Source: Candidatus Fimenecus sp. (lineage in GTDB: Bacteria; Bacillota; Clostridia; Oscillospirales; Acutalibacteraceae). Taken from it: a DNA stretch of 35,155 nt. The stretch spans positions 1-35,155 of the forward strand of contig JAZOWH010000105.1 of NCBI GenBank assembly GCA_045659165.1, in the 5' to 3' direction. Below, in pieces: positions 17,293 through 26,320 of this stretch (positions are counted from its first letter, which is position 1; each line of letters starts with the position of its first letter). Under the pieces are notes generated by a model, which worked only from the letters and a program-made list of their open reading frames with translations, was not told the DNA's origin and ran no database searches. The translations under genes were made by a program, and so were the position numbers.

Positions 17293-20200
17293 ATGTCCGC
17301 ATTTACTGAAGTTATTAAAAATTCAGCAGAATACAAAGGTGTTGAAAACAGCATAAAAAAAGGTTTTCTGCCACAAGGTGTTTTAGGGTTAATTCCCGTC
17401 ATGAAAGCACACTTAATTTCTGCGTTAACCGGGGGTCTTGAAAAAAAGGCCCTTGTTGTCGTGCCCGATGACGCTACTGCTGTGCGACTTTGTGAAGATT
17501 TAAACACATTTGGTGTTTTAGCACTTCATTACCCTGCACGAAGTCTTTCATTTTACACAACGGATTCACAAAGCTATGAATATGAACAAAAGCGAATCAA
17601 GGTACTTCGAAGAATGCTTGATAATCGTTGTGATGTTGTTGTTGCAAGTGCAGAAGGTGCTCTTTTATACACTGTTCCACCTGAAATCTTAAGACAAAAG
17701 AGTGTTCTTCTTAAAAAAGAGGAAGAAACATCACTTGAAAAGATTATTCTTTCACTTAACTGTGCAGGCTACACAAGAGTTGACGCAGTTGAGGGTGTTG
17801 GTCAGTTCTCTGTCCGTGGTGGTATTGTGGACTTTTTCTCACCTGATGATGAAGAGCCAGTACGAATTGAACTTTGGGGCGACACTGTTGATACAATGTG
17901 TCATTTTGATGTTTCAACACAAAGACGAACAGTTAATATTGATGAAATCTTAATTACTCCGTCAAAAGAAATTATAATTGATGATAATGATGAACTCATT
18001 GACAAAATCGATAAATTAGCATCTTCAATTCGTGGCAAAAGAACGGATATTATCCGCGAAAAACTTTATAGTGACATTGACAGACTTAAAGGTGGTCTGT
18101 CTGTTGGTTCTGCTGATAAATATCTGCCACTTATATATTCCCCTGCTACAATTTTTGACTATGCAGAAAACTATCTTCTTTTTGCTGTTGAAACAGCAGG
18201 AATTAAAGAAAAAGTGTCTTCTTCACAAAAACTTTTACTTGAAGACATAAAGGCTTGTGTTGACGAGGGTATGCTTTGTAAGGGACTTGACAAATTCAGC
18301 CTTACTTTTAATGAGTTAGTTGAAAAATATGAGAATTTCGGTGCAACATACATTGACAATTTCGCAAGAGGAAGTTTTGACACACCTGTCAAGAGTCTTA
18401 CCACATTTAACGGTAATACTTTGCCAGTATGGAACGGAAAACTTGATGTCCTTATGGAAGACTTAAAGCCTGTCAACACAAATGACAGCACAGTTGTGGT
18501 GTTTGCAGGAACTGAAAAAAGTGCAAAAAATCTTGCAGAAGCACTCAATGACGAGAATTTTGTTTCAGTTTACTTTTCACACATTCCTGCACAGTTTCCA
18601 AAGGGTGCAGTCTGTGTTCTTGCAGGGTCACTTTCTTCAGGTTTCTCATACAGAAACGAAAAGCTTTATGTTTTCACATATTCCAAGATTTATCAGTCAA
18701 CATCTCGCAAGAGAAAAACAGGCTTTAAGGCAAGAGATACTATACACTCTCTTGATGAAATTAAAAAGGGAGATTACATCGTTCACGCTGTTCATGGTAT
18801 CGGTATTTTTGATGGTGTTACACAACTTGAAGCCAATAAAATTATAAAAGACTATATCAAAATCAAGTATGCAAAAAGTGATGTGCTTTATGTACCTGTT
18901 ACTCAGCTTGATTTGGTATCCAAATATATTGGTCCACACGAAGATGACGGAAAAGCACTTAAGCTCAACCGTCTTGGTGGTGGTGAATGGGAAAAGACAA
19001 GAAGCAAGGTTCGTACCGCCGTTAAAGATATGGCTGACCAGCTTATTAAGCTTTATTCACAACGACTTCATAGCGAAGGTTATGCTTTTTCACCTGACAT
19101 CGATATGCAGAGAGACTTTGAACGCAGATTCCCATTTGAAGAAACTGGTGACCAGTTACGAAGCATTGATGAAATCAAAAACGATATGGAAAAGCCATAT
19201 CCCATGGACAGACTTCTCTGTGGTGACGTTGGTTTCGGTAAAACAGAAGTTGCTTTGCGTGCAGTTTTTAAGTGTATTGCAGATGGAAAACAATGTGCAA
19301 TTCTTGTTCCTACCACAATTCTTGCGTTACAACATTACCAGACAATCCTCAAACGATTTGATGGTTTTCCTATTGAAGCAGAAATGTTATCCCGTTTCCG
19401 CACTCCAACACAGCGAGATAAAATTATCAAACGAGTAAACGCTGGATTTGTGGATATTATAGTGGGAACACATTCACTTATATCTAAAAAAGTAAAATTC
19501 AAAGATTTAGGTCTTTTGATTGTTGACGAAGAACAACGTTTCGGTGTTGCTCAAAAAGAAAAACTTAAAGAGTTATTCCCAGGCGTTGATGTACTTACTC
19601 TTTCTGCCACACCTATTCCACGAACACTCAATATGGCAATGTCAGGAATTCGTGATATGTCTGTTATTGAGGAAGCACCGTCTGACCGTTCACCTGTTCA
19701 GACTTATGTTGTAGAACACAATATGCCACTTCTTTGTGAGGCTATGGAAAAAGAGCTTCGTCGTGGTGGTCAGGTATATTTCCTTCACAATAGAGTTGAT
19801 ACTATTGACGGTGTTGCAAATTCAATTCAGGAGCAACTTCCTGATGCGAGAATTGCCGTTGCTCATGGTAAAATGAACGAGGAACAATTAAGCGACATCT
19901 GGCGTGACCTTATGGATGGTGAAATTGACATTCTTGTATGCACAACGATTATTGAAACAGGTGTTGACGTACCAAATGCCAATACACTTATTATTGAGGA
20001 TGCTGATAAATTGGGACTTGCTCAGCTTCATCAGTTGCGTGGTCGAGTTGGTCGAAGTGCAAGACGAGCAAATGCATATCTCACATACAAACGTGACAAA
20101 AATCTTTCTGAAATTGCATATAAACGTCTTCAGGCAATTCGTGAATACACAGAGTTTGGTTCAGGTTTTAAAATCGCTATGTGTGACCTTGAAATTCGTG

Positions 20201-20766
20201 GCGCAGGTAATCTGTTAGGTTCACAACAGCATGGACATCTTGCTGCAGTCGGCTATGATATGTATATGAAACTTCTTGGTGAAGCAATAAGTCAACAAAA
20301 AGGTGAAAAACCAAAAGAAAAAGAATGTCTTATTGACCTGCAGATTAATACTCATATTCCTAATAAATATATTTCTGCACTTCAACAAAGGCTCTCAATT
20401 TACCGACGAATTGCTGATATCCGTTCATTTCAGGATGCGGAAGATGTACGCGATGAACTTCGCGACCGTTATGGTGATATTCCACCATCAGTTGAGGGAC
20501 TTATTGAGGTTTCCCTTTGTAGAAATACTGCGGCATCACTTGGAATTTACGAAATTGGTCAGCGTGGTGACACACTTGCACTTTATTGTGAAGAAATCAA
20601 CACATCACTGGTACTTGAAATCTCCTCTGTGCTTCGTGGTCGTGTTGGACTTACAAAAACAGGTAAAAAGAGTATAAATGTTAAAAAGAAGGCTGACCAG
20701 GATTCTCTTGATGCACTCAAAGAGATTTTTGCAGCCGTTGAAAGTACGAGGCTTAACACAAAATGA
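17293..20766 (+). CDS. mfd: Transcription-repair coupling factor Mfd
   Basis: 1157 aa. CarD/TRCF RNAP-interacting domain (GDYIVHAVHGIG.F.G), helicase motifs (CGDVGFGKTEVA, DEEQRFGV, SATPIPRT, QLHQLRGRVGR) and a TRCF C-terminal domain. Confidence 0.95.
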   Translation: MSAFTEVIKNSAEYKGVENSIKKGFLPQGVLGLIPVMKAHLISALTGGLEKKALVVVPDDATAVRLCEDLNTFGVLALHYPARSLSFYTTDSQSYEYEQKRIKVLRRMLDNRCDVVVASAEGALLYTVPPEILRQKSVLLKKEEETSLEKIILSLNCAGYTRVDAVEGVGQFSVRGGIVDFFSPDDEEPVRIELWGDTVDTMCHFDVSTQRRTVNIDEILITPSKEIIIDDNDELIDKIDKLASSIRGKRTDIIREKLYSDIDRLKGGLSVGSADKYLPLIYSPATIFDYAENYLLFAVETAGIKEKVSSSQKLLLEDIKACVDEGMLCKGLDKFSLTFNELVEKYENFGATYIDNFARGSFDTPVKSLTTFNGNTLPVWNGKLDVLMEDLKPVNTNDSTVVVFAGTEKSAKNLAEALNDENFVSVYFSHIPAQFPKGAVCVLAGSLSSGFSYRNEKLYVFTYSKIYQSTSRKRKTGFKARDTIHSLDEIKKGDYIVHAVHGIGIFDGVTQLEANKIIKDYIKIKYAKSDVLYVPVTQLDLVSKYIGPHEDDGKALKLNRLGGGEWEKTRSKVRTAVKDMADQLIKLYSQRLHSEGYAFSPDIDMQRDFERRFPFEETGDQLRSIDEIKNDMEKPYPMDRLLCGDVGFGKTEVALRAVFKCIADGKQCAILVPTTILALQHYQTILKRFDGFPIEAEMLSRFRTPTQRDKIIKRVNAGFVDIIVGTHSLISKKVKFKDLGLLIVDEEQRFGVAQKEKLKELFPGVDVLTLSATPIPRTLNMAMSGIRDMSVIEEAPSDRSPVQTYVVEHNMPLLCEAMEKELRRGGQVYFLHNRVDTIDGVANSIQEQLPDARIAVAHGKMNEEQLSDIWRDLMDGEIDILVCTTIIETGVDVPNANTLIIEDADKLGLAQLHQLRGRVGRSARRANAYLTYKRDKNLSEIAYKRLQAIREYTEFGSGFKIAMCDLEIRGAGNLLGSQQHGHLAAVGYDMYMKLLGEAISQQKGEKPKEKECLIDLQINTHIPNKYISALQQRLSIYRRIADIRSFQDAEDVRDELRDRYGDIPPSVEGLIEVSLCRNTAASLGIYEIGQRGDTLALYCEEINTSLVLEISSVLRGRVGLTKTGKKSINVKKKADQDSLDALKEIFAAVESTRLNTK

Positions 20767-21449
20767 TTGGAACAATAGTTAATACTGCCACAATTCTAAC
20801 AGGAAGTGTTATCGGCAGTTTACTCAAAAAAGGTATTAAAGAAAAATACACAAAATGCCTTATGAATGCAATGGGACTTGCTGCAACAGGTATAGGTATA
20901 AATTCCGTTGTGCAGAATATGCCAAAAAGTCAGTATCCTGTGCTTTTTATTGTAAGTCTTGCATTGGGTTCTCTTTTTGGCAATATGATTGATTTAGACA
21001 AGCGTTTTAATTCACTTGTTGAGAAAAAGGGTAAAAGCGAGTTGGGAAAAGGACTCTCAACAGCAATCCTCCTTTTCTGTATCGGTAGTTTGTCAATTTT
21101 AGGACCTATAAATTCTGCTCTGAATAATGACCATACATATCTTTTTACAAATGCCACACTTGACTTCGTGACAAGTATGGTTTTAGCATCAACTTATGGA
21201 ATAGGAATTGCACTTGCTGCTCCTGTACTGTTTTTATGGCAAGGCTCGATTTATTTACTTGCAACATTTTTAGGTGAGTTTATGAGTCCTGAGCTTATGT
21301 GTGAAATCAGCGTTGTTGGTGGTTTCCTTATCGCATCATCGGGACTTGCAATCCTTGAAATAAAAAATCTTAAAACACTTAATATGCTACCTGCTCTTAT
21401 AATTCCACCATTGTGGTTTGTAATTATGTGGGTAATCTCGTTATTTTAG
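20763..21449 (+). CDS. DUF554-family membrane protein (YdfK/YqgA-like)
   Basis: MIGTIVNTATILTGSVIGSLLKKGI N-terminus and a polytopic profile typical of DUF554. ATGA overlap with the mfd stop. Confidence 0.7.
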   Translation: MIGTIVNTATILTGSVIGSLLKKGIKEKYTKCLMNAMGLAATGIGINSVVQNMPKSQYPVLFIVSLALGSLFGNMIDLDKRFNSLVEKKGKSELGKGLSTAILLFCIGSLSILGPINSALNNDHTYLFTNATLDFVTSMVLASTYGIGIALAAPVLFLWQGSIYLLATFLGEFMSPELMCEISVVGGFLIASSGLAILEIKNLKTLNMLPALIIPPLWFVIMWVISLF

Positions 21450-21458
21450 TTATAGCTT

Positions 21459-22304
21459 ATGAAAAAACAACTTTCACCTGCACTTGTGATTGCAGGAATT
21501 ATAAATCTTATCTTATTCTTTACAAAATATTATATTGGTGTTCATACAAACAGTCTTTGCATTTATACTGACAGTATCAATAACCTTATGGATACCTTGT
21601 CCCTTTGTCTGGCACTTGTGGGAATTTCATTTATCAACAAGCCGACAACAGACCGTTTCAAATTCGGTTTCGGCAGAATGGAACATATCACAACATTTAT
21701 TATGTCACTTATTATGACTGTGGCAGGTTGTTCGTTTGCGTATAATTCATTGAGCCGACTTATGACACCTGTGCCTGTGTGGTACTTCACAAAATATGCA
21801 GTGATTATTGCATTTACCTGCCTTGTGAAATTGTTATTAGGCGTAATTTTTACAGTAAGATACAAGAAAACCAAGTCAGCCGTTATTAAAACAGTTATGC
21901 TTGACTCATATCTTGACTGTGCAATTACATTGATGACACTCGTTTCATTTACACTTTCAAATACTGTTGGATTTGCATTTGACTCAATTTTAGGTCTTGC
22001 AATCAGCATTATCATTGCTGTCCTTGGAATTCGTCTTATAATTTCATCAATATGTGAGCTTATTGGACAACGAAATGAAGAATTGGAAAATAAGATTTCA
22101 CTTCTTATAAACAAAATCAATGAAAACATTCGCATAAATGATATTACAATTCATTCTTATGGTGATGAAAAAGTTTATGTGACACTTAATTTGTCTTTGA
22201 CTGATAAGGAAATTGACCTTTTATCAGTTCAAGATATAATAAAAAATCAGTTGAAAACAGAGCTTAACTGCAATTCAACTGTGGAATGGGAGGCGTTATC
22301 ATGA
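21459..22304 (+). CDS. Cation diffusion facilitator (CDF) family transporter
   Basis: Six-TM N-terminal domain plus a C-terminal cytoplasmic alpha/beta domain (ITIHSYGDEKVYVTLNLSL). The TM2 motif is N41-x3-D45 and the TM5 motif is D149-x3-D153. Confidence 0.65.
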   Translation: MKKQLSPALVIAGIINLILFFTKYYIGVHTNSLCIYTDSINNLMDTLSLCLALVGISFINKPTTDRFKFGFGRMEHITTFIMSLIMTVAGCSFAYNSLSRLMTPVPVWYFTKYAVIIAFTCLVKLLLGVIFTVRYKKTKSAVIKTVMLDSYLDCAITLMTLVSFTLSNTVGFAFDSILGLAISIIIAVLGIRLIISSICELIGQRNEELENKISLLINKINENIRINDITIHSYGDEKVYVTLNLSLTDKEIDLLSVQDIIKNQLKTELNCNSTVEWEALS

Positions 22305-23587
22305 AAAAGAAAAATCGTGGTAAAAAGTTTTTAAAGGTAATGAGCATTATTCTTGCTGTAATTATCATTTTAGGTGTGGCAGGTACTGTTGTAAATGCAG
22401 TAGGTTGCAAGGCACAGCTTAAAAATGTTGATAATTTTGATACAGTAAAATATAACAAACAGCTTATACCTGAACAAGACGATGACAATGTATGGACTTT
22501 CACAACTGATGAAGATTTCAGAATTATGCAGTTGACCGACGTACATATCGGCGCAGGTTGGATGTCAACAAACAAGGACACAATGGCACTTAACGCCGTT
22601 GCATCTATGATTACCGCTGAAAAGCCTGACCTTGTTATTGTTACAGGTGACATTGTTTATCCTGTACCATTTCAGGCAGGTACATTCAACAATATGAAGT
22701 CTGCTGAAATCTTTGCAACTCTTATGGAGCAATTAGGTGTATACTGGGTGCCTGTTTTTGGTAATCACGACACAGAAAGTTATTCAAAATACACACGTGC
22801 AGATATTTCAGAGTTTTATAGCGACGATAAATGGTCATATTGCCTTTTCAATGACAACTTTGAAGACAATGTTGACGGATATTGCAACACAGTTGTAAAT
22901 GTAAAAAATACTGACGGCATCATCACACAGTCTCTTTATACATTTGACACTCATTCTTATGTTGACGGCGACTATCTTGGACTTTTCTGGAAATACGACA
23001 ACATTCACGACAGTCAGGTTGAATGGTATAAGAACAATGTAAAAAAATACAATGAATACAACGTTGAGCTTATTAACACAGGTGATTTTGAAAACAAGGA
23101 AGAATTGCTGGAGAAATACTCAACAGTTAAATCACTTGCATTCTGGCACGTGCCTAACACAGAATACCTTGACGCTTGGAATGAATATGTTGAAGCAGGC
23201 TACAAGGACACAGAAAATGTGAAATATCATTATGGTGTTGTTGGTGAGACAGGTAAAATGGTTTATTCAGGCCTTTATCCTGACGAAATTTTTGAAACAA
23301 TGCTTTCACTTGATAGCACAAAGGGTATTTTCGTTGGTCACGACCATCTTAACAACTTCTCTATTGAATATAAAGGCATTCGTCTTACTTATGGTTTCAG
23401 TATCGACTACCTTGCATATTCAGGCATTTCAAAGCTCGGTTCACAGCGTGGTTGTACAATGATTACAGTTAAACCTGACGGAAGCTTTGACTGTATCGCT
23501 GAAAACTATTATCAGGATAAATACACATCTGTTACTTCAAATGTGAAAGAAGAAGTTACAATGCAAAAATTGAACGAAGCGTTTTAA
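22301..23587 (+). CDS. Membrane-anchored calcineurin-like metallophosphoesterase
   Basis: N-terminal signal anchor KKFLKVMSIILAVIIILGVAG. Motifs QLTDVHIG, VIVTGDIVYP, VFGNHD and VGHDH. GGGAGG RBS precedes the ATG at 22301, which forms an ATGA overlap with the CDF stop. Confidence 0.75.
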   Translation: MKKKNRGKKFLKVMSIILAVIIILGVAGTVVNAVGCKAQLKNVDNFDTVKYNKQLIPEQDDDNVWTFTTDEDFRIMQLTDVHIGAGWMSTNKDTMALNAVASMITAEKPDLVIVTGDIVYPVPFQAGTFNNMKSAEIFATLMEQLGVYWVPVFGNHDTESYSKYTRADISEFYSDDKWSYCLFNDNFEDNVDGYCNTVVNVKNTDGIITQSLYTFDTHSYVDGDYLGLFWKYDNIHDSQVEWYKNNVKKYNEYNVELINTGDFENKEELLEKYSTVKSLAFWHVPNTEYLDAWNEYVEAGYKDTENVKYHYGVVGETGKMVYSGLYPDEIFETMLSLDSTKGIFVGHDHLNNFSIEYKGIRLTYGFSIDYLAYSGISKLGSQRGCTMITVKPDGSFDCIAENYYQDKYTSVTSNVKEEVTMQKLNEAF

Positions 23588-23602
23588 AAAACAAATAAAA
23601 AA

Positions 23603-23630
23603 GACCTCCCGAGTGGGAGGTTCTTTTTTT
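23603..23630. terminator. Intrinsic terminator between the convergent phosphoesterase and MFS genes
   Basis: gacctccc-gagt-gggaggtt(c) hairpin followed by T7, preceded by an A-rich run. Confidence 0.7.
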
Positions 23631-23670
23631 GCTAAATGCGGAATGTTGGTTAATAATTTCGAATTGCGAT

Positions 23671-25065
23671 TCAGTTTATCTCATCAAGATTTGCGCCTTT
23701 TGTTTCTTTGACACCTTTTGTGAACATAATTGCGGCAACTCCTACTGCCACAACGGAAATTGCAAGACATACCCACCAGATTGGGAATTTAATCATACCT
23801 ACGATTGCAAGGAGATAGCCTACAGCAAGGCCTATAATCACTAAAAGTCCTTCTGCACCAACTACTGATGCACGGATATCTGTCGGTACTTTTTCTGTCA
23901 TCATAACATTCATATAATCTCTGCCAATCCAATATGAACCCTGATAAAGTCCTGCGAAGAAACCGATAAGATATGGATTCCAACCACAGAGAATACCTGC
24001 TACAAAGAGAGAATATCCAATGATACAGGTAATTGAAAAGCCTGTCACAGTCACCTTTCTTCCAAGTTTATCTGCAATAAAACCTGAAAGGAATGTAATT
24101 GTTGCATAGACCACAGGAACCATAAAAAGAGCCTTAGTAATATCACTTGTACTCATACCTACTTTGTGCATTGAAGATTCAAAATAGAGGGCAATTGCAG
24201 GCATTGCAGAGTCGAATATAATGTGTGAAATAATAAGATTTTTTGTATCAGAATTTGAGAAGATGTATTTCACGCCATTAAAAACACCTGACTGATTTCG
24301 TTGTGCTTCCTTCTGTTGCTTTTTGAGTTCTTTTTCTGCTTGTCTTTCTTCGATTGGTCGTGAAAGATATTCAATTCTTTCATTTATAAACACCTTTGTA
24401 TCCTTTGCAAAGATTACAACGAGTAAAACTGCAATAAAGCCGATGACAGCAGGTACTAAAAAGATTTCACGCCATTTTGTAGCATCGTCACCCATAAGTG
24501 CATCACGAAGTGCAGGAATAAGAATAACACCTAAGATTCCGAAACTCTTTAAAAAGCTGTAAATTTTTGCACGATGTTTGTCCGGTGCTTCTTCAAGGAT
24601 ATAAATAATCTGGATATCGTGTCCCATAAAGAAGCTGATGATTGCAAAGCCAACAAGGAACATTATGTAGCTTGATGAAAGGTGTATTACAAGAAGACCC
24701 AAAGCCATACCAAGCGTTGAAATGGCAAAGAGCGGTTTTCGTCCCCATTTGTCGGCAAGTGCCTTATAAAACGGTGTAAAAATTCCTAAAACATAGGTGA
24801 AAACACCCACACCTGAATGAAGCGCAAGGCCTTCCTGAAATGTGTAATATTTACCCATAAAAGGATTATTCACAAAAAACTCTGTAACGAATGACGACTG
24901 CACTGTAACAGTAAGGTTACTTGTTACCTCGTCAAGAATATTTACGATTGCAATAAGAGCGAGTAACACAAAAAAGTATTTGCTACTAGTCCCCCTGCTT
25001 TGCATCTTTTTTAATCTTTTAATTTCTCTTTGTTCAGCTTGTGAGATTTTATCTGCTGTTTTCAT
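23671..25065 (-). CDS. MFS transporter
   Basis: About 12 predicted TM segments. MFS motif A-like ALADKWGRKP between TM2 and TM3, and a long basic central loop. AAAGGGGA RBS lies 7 nt before the ATG at 25065; the track start at 25071 is TTG. Confidence 0.8.
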   Translation of the reverse strand: MKTADKISQAEQREIKRLKKMQSRGTSSKYFFVLLALIAIVNILDEVTSNLTVTVQSSFVTEFFVNNPFMGKYYTFQEGLALHSGVGVFTYVLGIFTPFYKALADKWGRKPLFAISTLGMALGLLVIHLSSSYIMFLVGFAIISFFMGHDIQIIYILEEAPDKHRAKIYSFLKSFGILGVILIPALRDALMGDDATKWREIFLVPAVIGFIAVLLVVIFAKDTKVFINERIEYLSRPIEERQAEKELKKQQKEAQRNQSGVFNGVKYIFSNSDTKNLIISHIIFDSAMPAIALYFESSMHKVGMSTSDITKALFMVPVVYATITFLSGFIADKLGRKVTVTGFSITCIIGYSLFVAGILCGWNPYLIGFFAGLYQGSYWIGRDYMNVMMTEKVPTDIRASVVGAEGLLVIIGLAVGYLLAIVGMIKFPIWWVCLAISVVAVGVAAIMFTKGVKETKGANLDEIN

Positions 25066-25093
25066 TACCAAATCCCCTTTCAGTTATATCTCA

Positions 25094-25122
25094 ATTATAA
25101 GAAATAAAATAAGACCTGTCAA
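25094..25122 (-). promoter_or_regulatory. Perfect-consensus sigma-A promoter for the MFS gene
   Basis: On the minus strand: TTGACA (25122-25117), 17 nt, TATAAT (25099-25094). The -35 lies inside the descending arm of the upstream terminator hairpin. Confidence 0.55.
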
Positions 25123-25136
25123 CAAAGACAGGTCTT
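25111..25136 (-). terminator. Intrinsic terminator after paralog P1
   Basis: On the minus strand, aagacctgtc-tttgtt-gacaggtctt is followed by a U-rich attttattt, 24 nt after the P1 stop. Confidence 0.6.
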
Positions 25137-25159
25137 TCAATTTGCATTATTTTGATTTA

Positions 25160-26164
25160 TTAGCCCTTAAAACCACCGTTGAGTGTAACAACAAAGTCAA
25201 CAATTGCAGTTGCCTGCTGAACAGGTACTGTCATACCCAAACCTGAAATTGTCATATTGTTAAGAGTGATATTTACATAATAACTCCAAGTACCGTTGAT
25301 AATTCTGCCGTTACTGTCAATAGCAACCTTAAGTCTTGGGTTTTTGTATTGAAGTGTACAATCCTGGTCAGCAATTTCTGCAGTCATACCAAGTGCTGAG
25401 AATTGACCAACAACTGAATCAATATCACCAACAACTGAAATAGCATGGCCAACTGAACCACTGTACATATTTCCGTTACCCTTATCAACCTGTTCCTTCA
25501 TAACCATTTCGATTATGATGTTGTTGCCGTTCTTGTATGCTCTTGCAGCCTGAACATCAGAAACAGAAAGATTCTGATGACCACCTGTAATACCTTTAAT
25601 ATTCATTGAGTTATTACTGAGTGCTTTTGCCATAACGCCTTCTGCAAAGCTGAGCAATGGAGCAGCTATACCAGGTGCATTAAGTGAATTAGCACGAAGC
25701 TTCATATCCTGATATGAAGTTACTGAGTTATGAGTTCTTCCTGCCGCATGTCTATATGTTTCAACAATTTCTGCAGTTGACCACTTTGTAGGGTCAACAG
25801 TTGCCTGTTGATTATTATTCTGCTGATTGTTGTTCTGCTGAATATCCTGCTGACTATCCTGCTGGTTATAATTTGGTACAAAATCATTATACTGACCAGC
25901 ACCTTCAACATCCTTCAATTCAATCTGGCCTGATTCAATAAGGTAATTATAATATTCGAACATCTGACTACAATATTCACATTCGCAAGTAGGAACACCA
26001 TTCTTGTTCTTATTTGATGAAATTGCAAAAGAAATTGAGAAAACTGCTACAAAAAGAACTACAACTGCTAAAACAATAGCAATGATTTTCTTTGTTTTAT
26101 TTGACTTTTTAGGTGATGCAGGTTCTGTTGGCTGAACAGGCTGCATTGGTTCCATATGTTCCAT
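25160..26164 (-). CDS. Surface-anchored protein P1 with unassigned conserved C-terminal domain (paralog 1 of 3)
   Basis: GGGAGGA RBS. Pro-rich cytoplasmic tail, one TM (IIAIVLAVVVLFVAVFSISFAI), a CxCxxC motif and a Q/N-rich linker. The domain shared with 29485-30456 and 30615-31532 has these blocks: W(S/T)..EIV..Y, GITGG, SDV..A.AYK.G, VE(M/L).M.EQ.D, G(S/T).GH.I.V.G.I, Y.(N/D)P..KV.I...G.I..G.WSY and GGF at the end. Confidence 0.75.
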   Translation of the reverse strand: MEHMEPMQPVQPTEPASPKKSNKTKKIIAIVLAVVVLFVAVFSISFAISSNKNKNGVPTCECEYCSQMFEYYNYLIESGQIELKDVEGAGQYNDFVPNYNQQDSQQDIQQNNNQQNNNQQATVDPTKWSTAEIVETYRHAAGRTHNSVTSYQDMKLRANSLNAPGIAAPLLSFAEGVMAKALSNNSMNIKGITGGHQNLSVSDVQAARAYKNGNNIIIEMVMKEQVDKGNGNMYSGSVGHAISVVGDIDSVVGQFSALGMTAEIADQDCTLQYKNPRLKVAIDSNGRIINGTWSYYVNITLNNMTISGLGMTVPVQQATAIVDFVVTLNGGFKG

Positions 26165-26196
26165 AGTTATATCCTCCCGACTACATATATGAATTT

Positions 26197-26225
26197 ATTT
26201 TACTATATTTACACTTCTTTGTCAA
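26197..26225 (-). promoter_or_regulatory. Sigma-A type promoter in front of P1
   Basis: On the minus strand: TTGACA (26225-26220), 17 nt, TAAAAT (26202-26197). Confidence 0.5.
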
Positions 26226-26320
26226 TGAAAATGCTAAATACTCCATCAAGGCAAACAAAAACACCCACTTCATATAATCACCACAGAATTATGGCAATCT
26301 CAAAAAGTGAGTGTTATTTT

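Noticed and set aside
18869-19438. 189-aa plus-strand ORF, together with several 60-125-aa ORFs inside 17293-20766.
   Set aside because: These are alternative frames or the antisense strand of mfd, whose helicase motifs are unambiguous. The sequences are low-complexity.
21563-22135. 190-aa minus-strand ORF.
   Set aside because: It is antisense to the CDF transporter gene. Its Ile/Ser/Asn-rich composition is typical of the reverse frame of AT-rich membrane genes.
25805-25873. Q/N-rich tract of P1 as a prion-like or amyloid domain.
   Set aside because: It is only about 23 residues, lies in an extracytoplasmic linker, and is paralleled by equally low-complexity acidic linkers in P2 and P3. A spacer function is the simpler reading.
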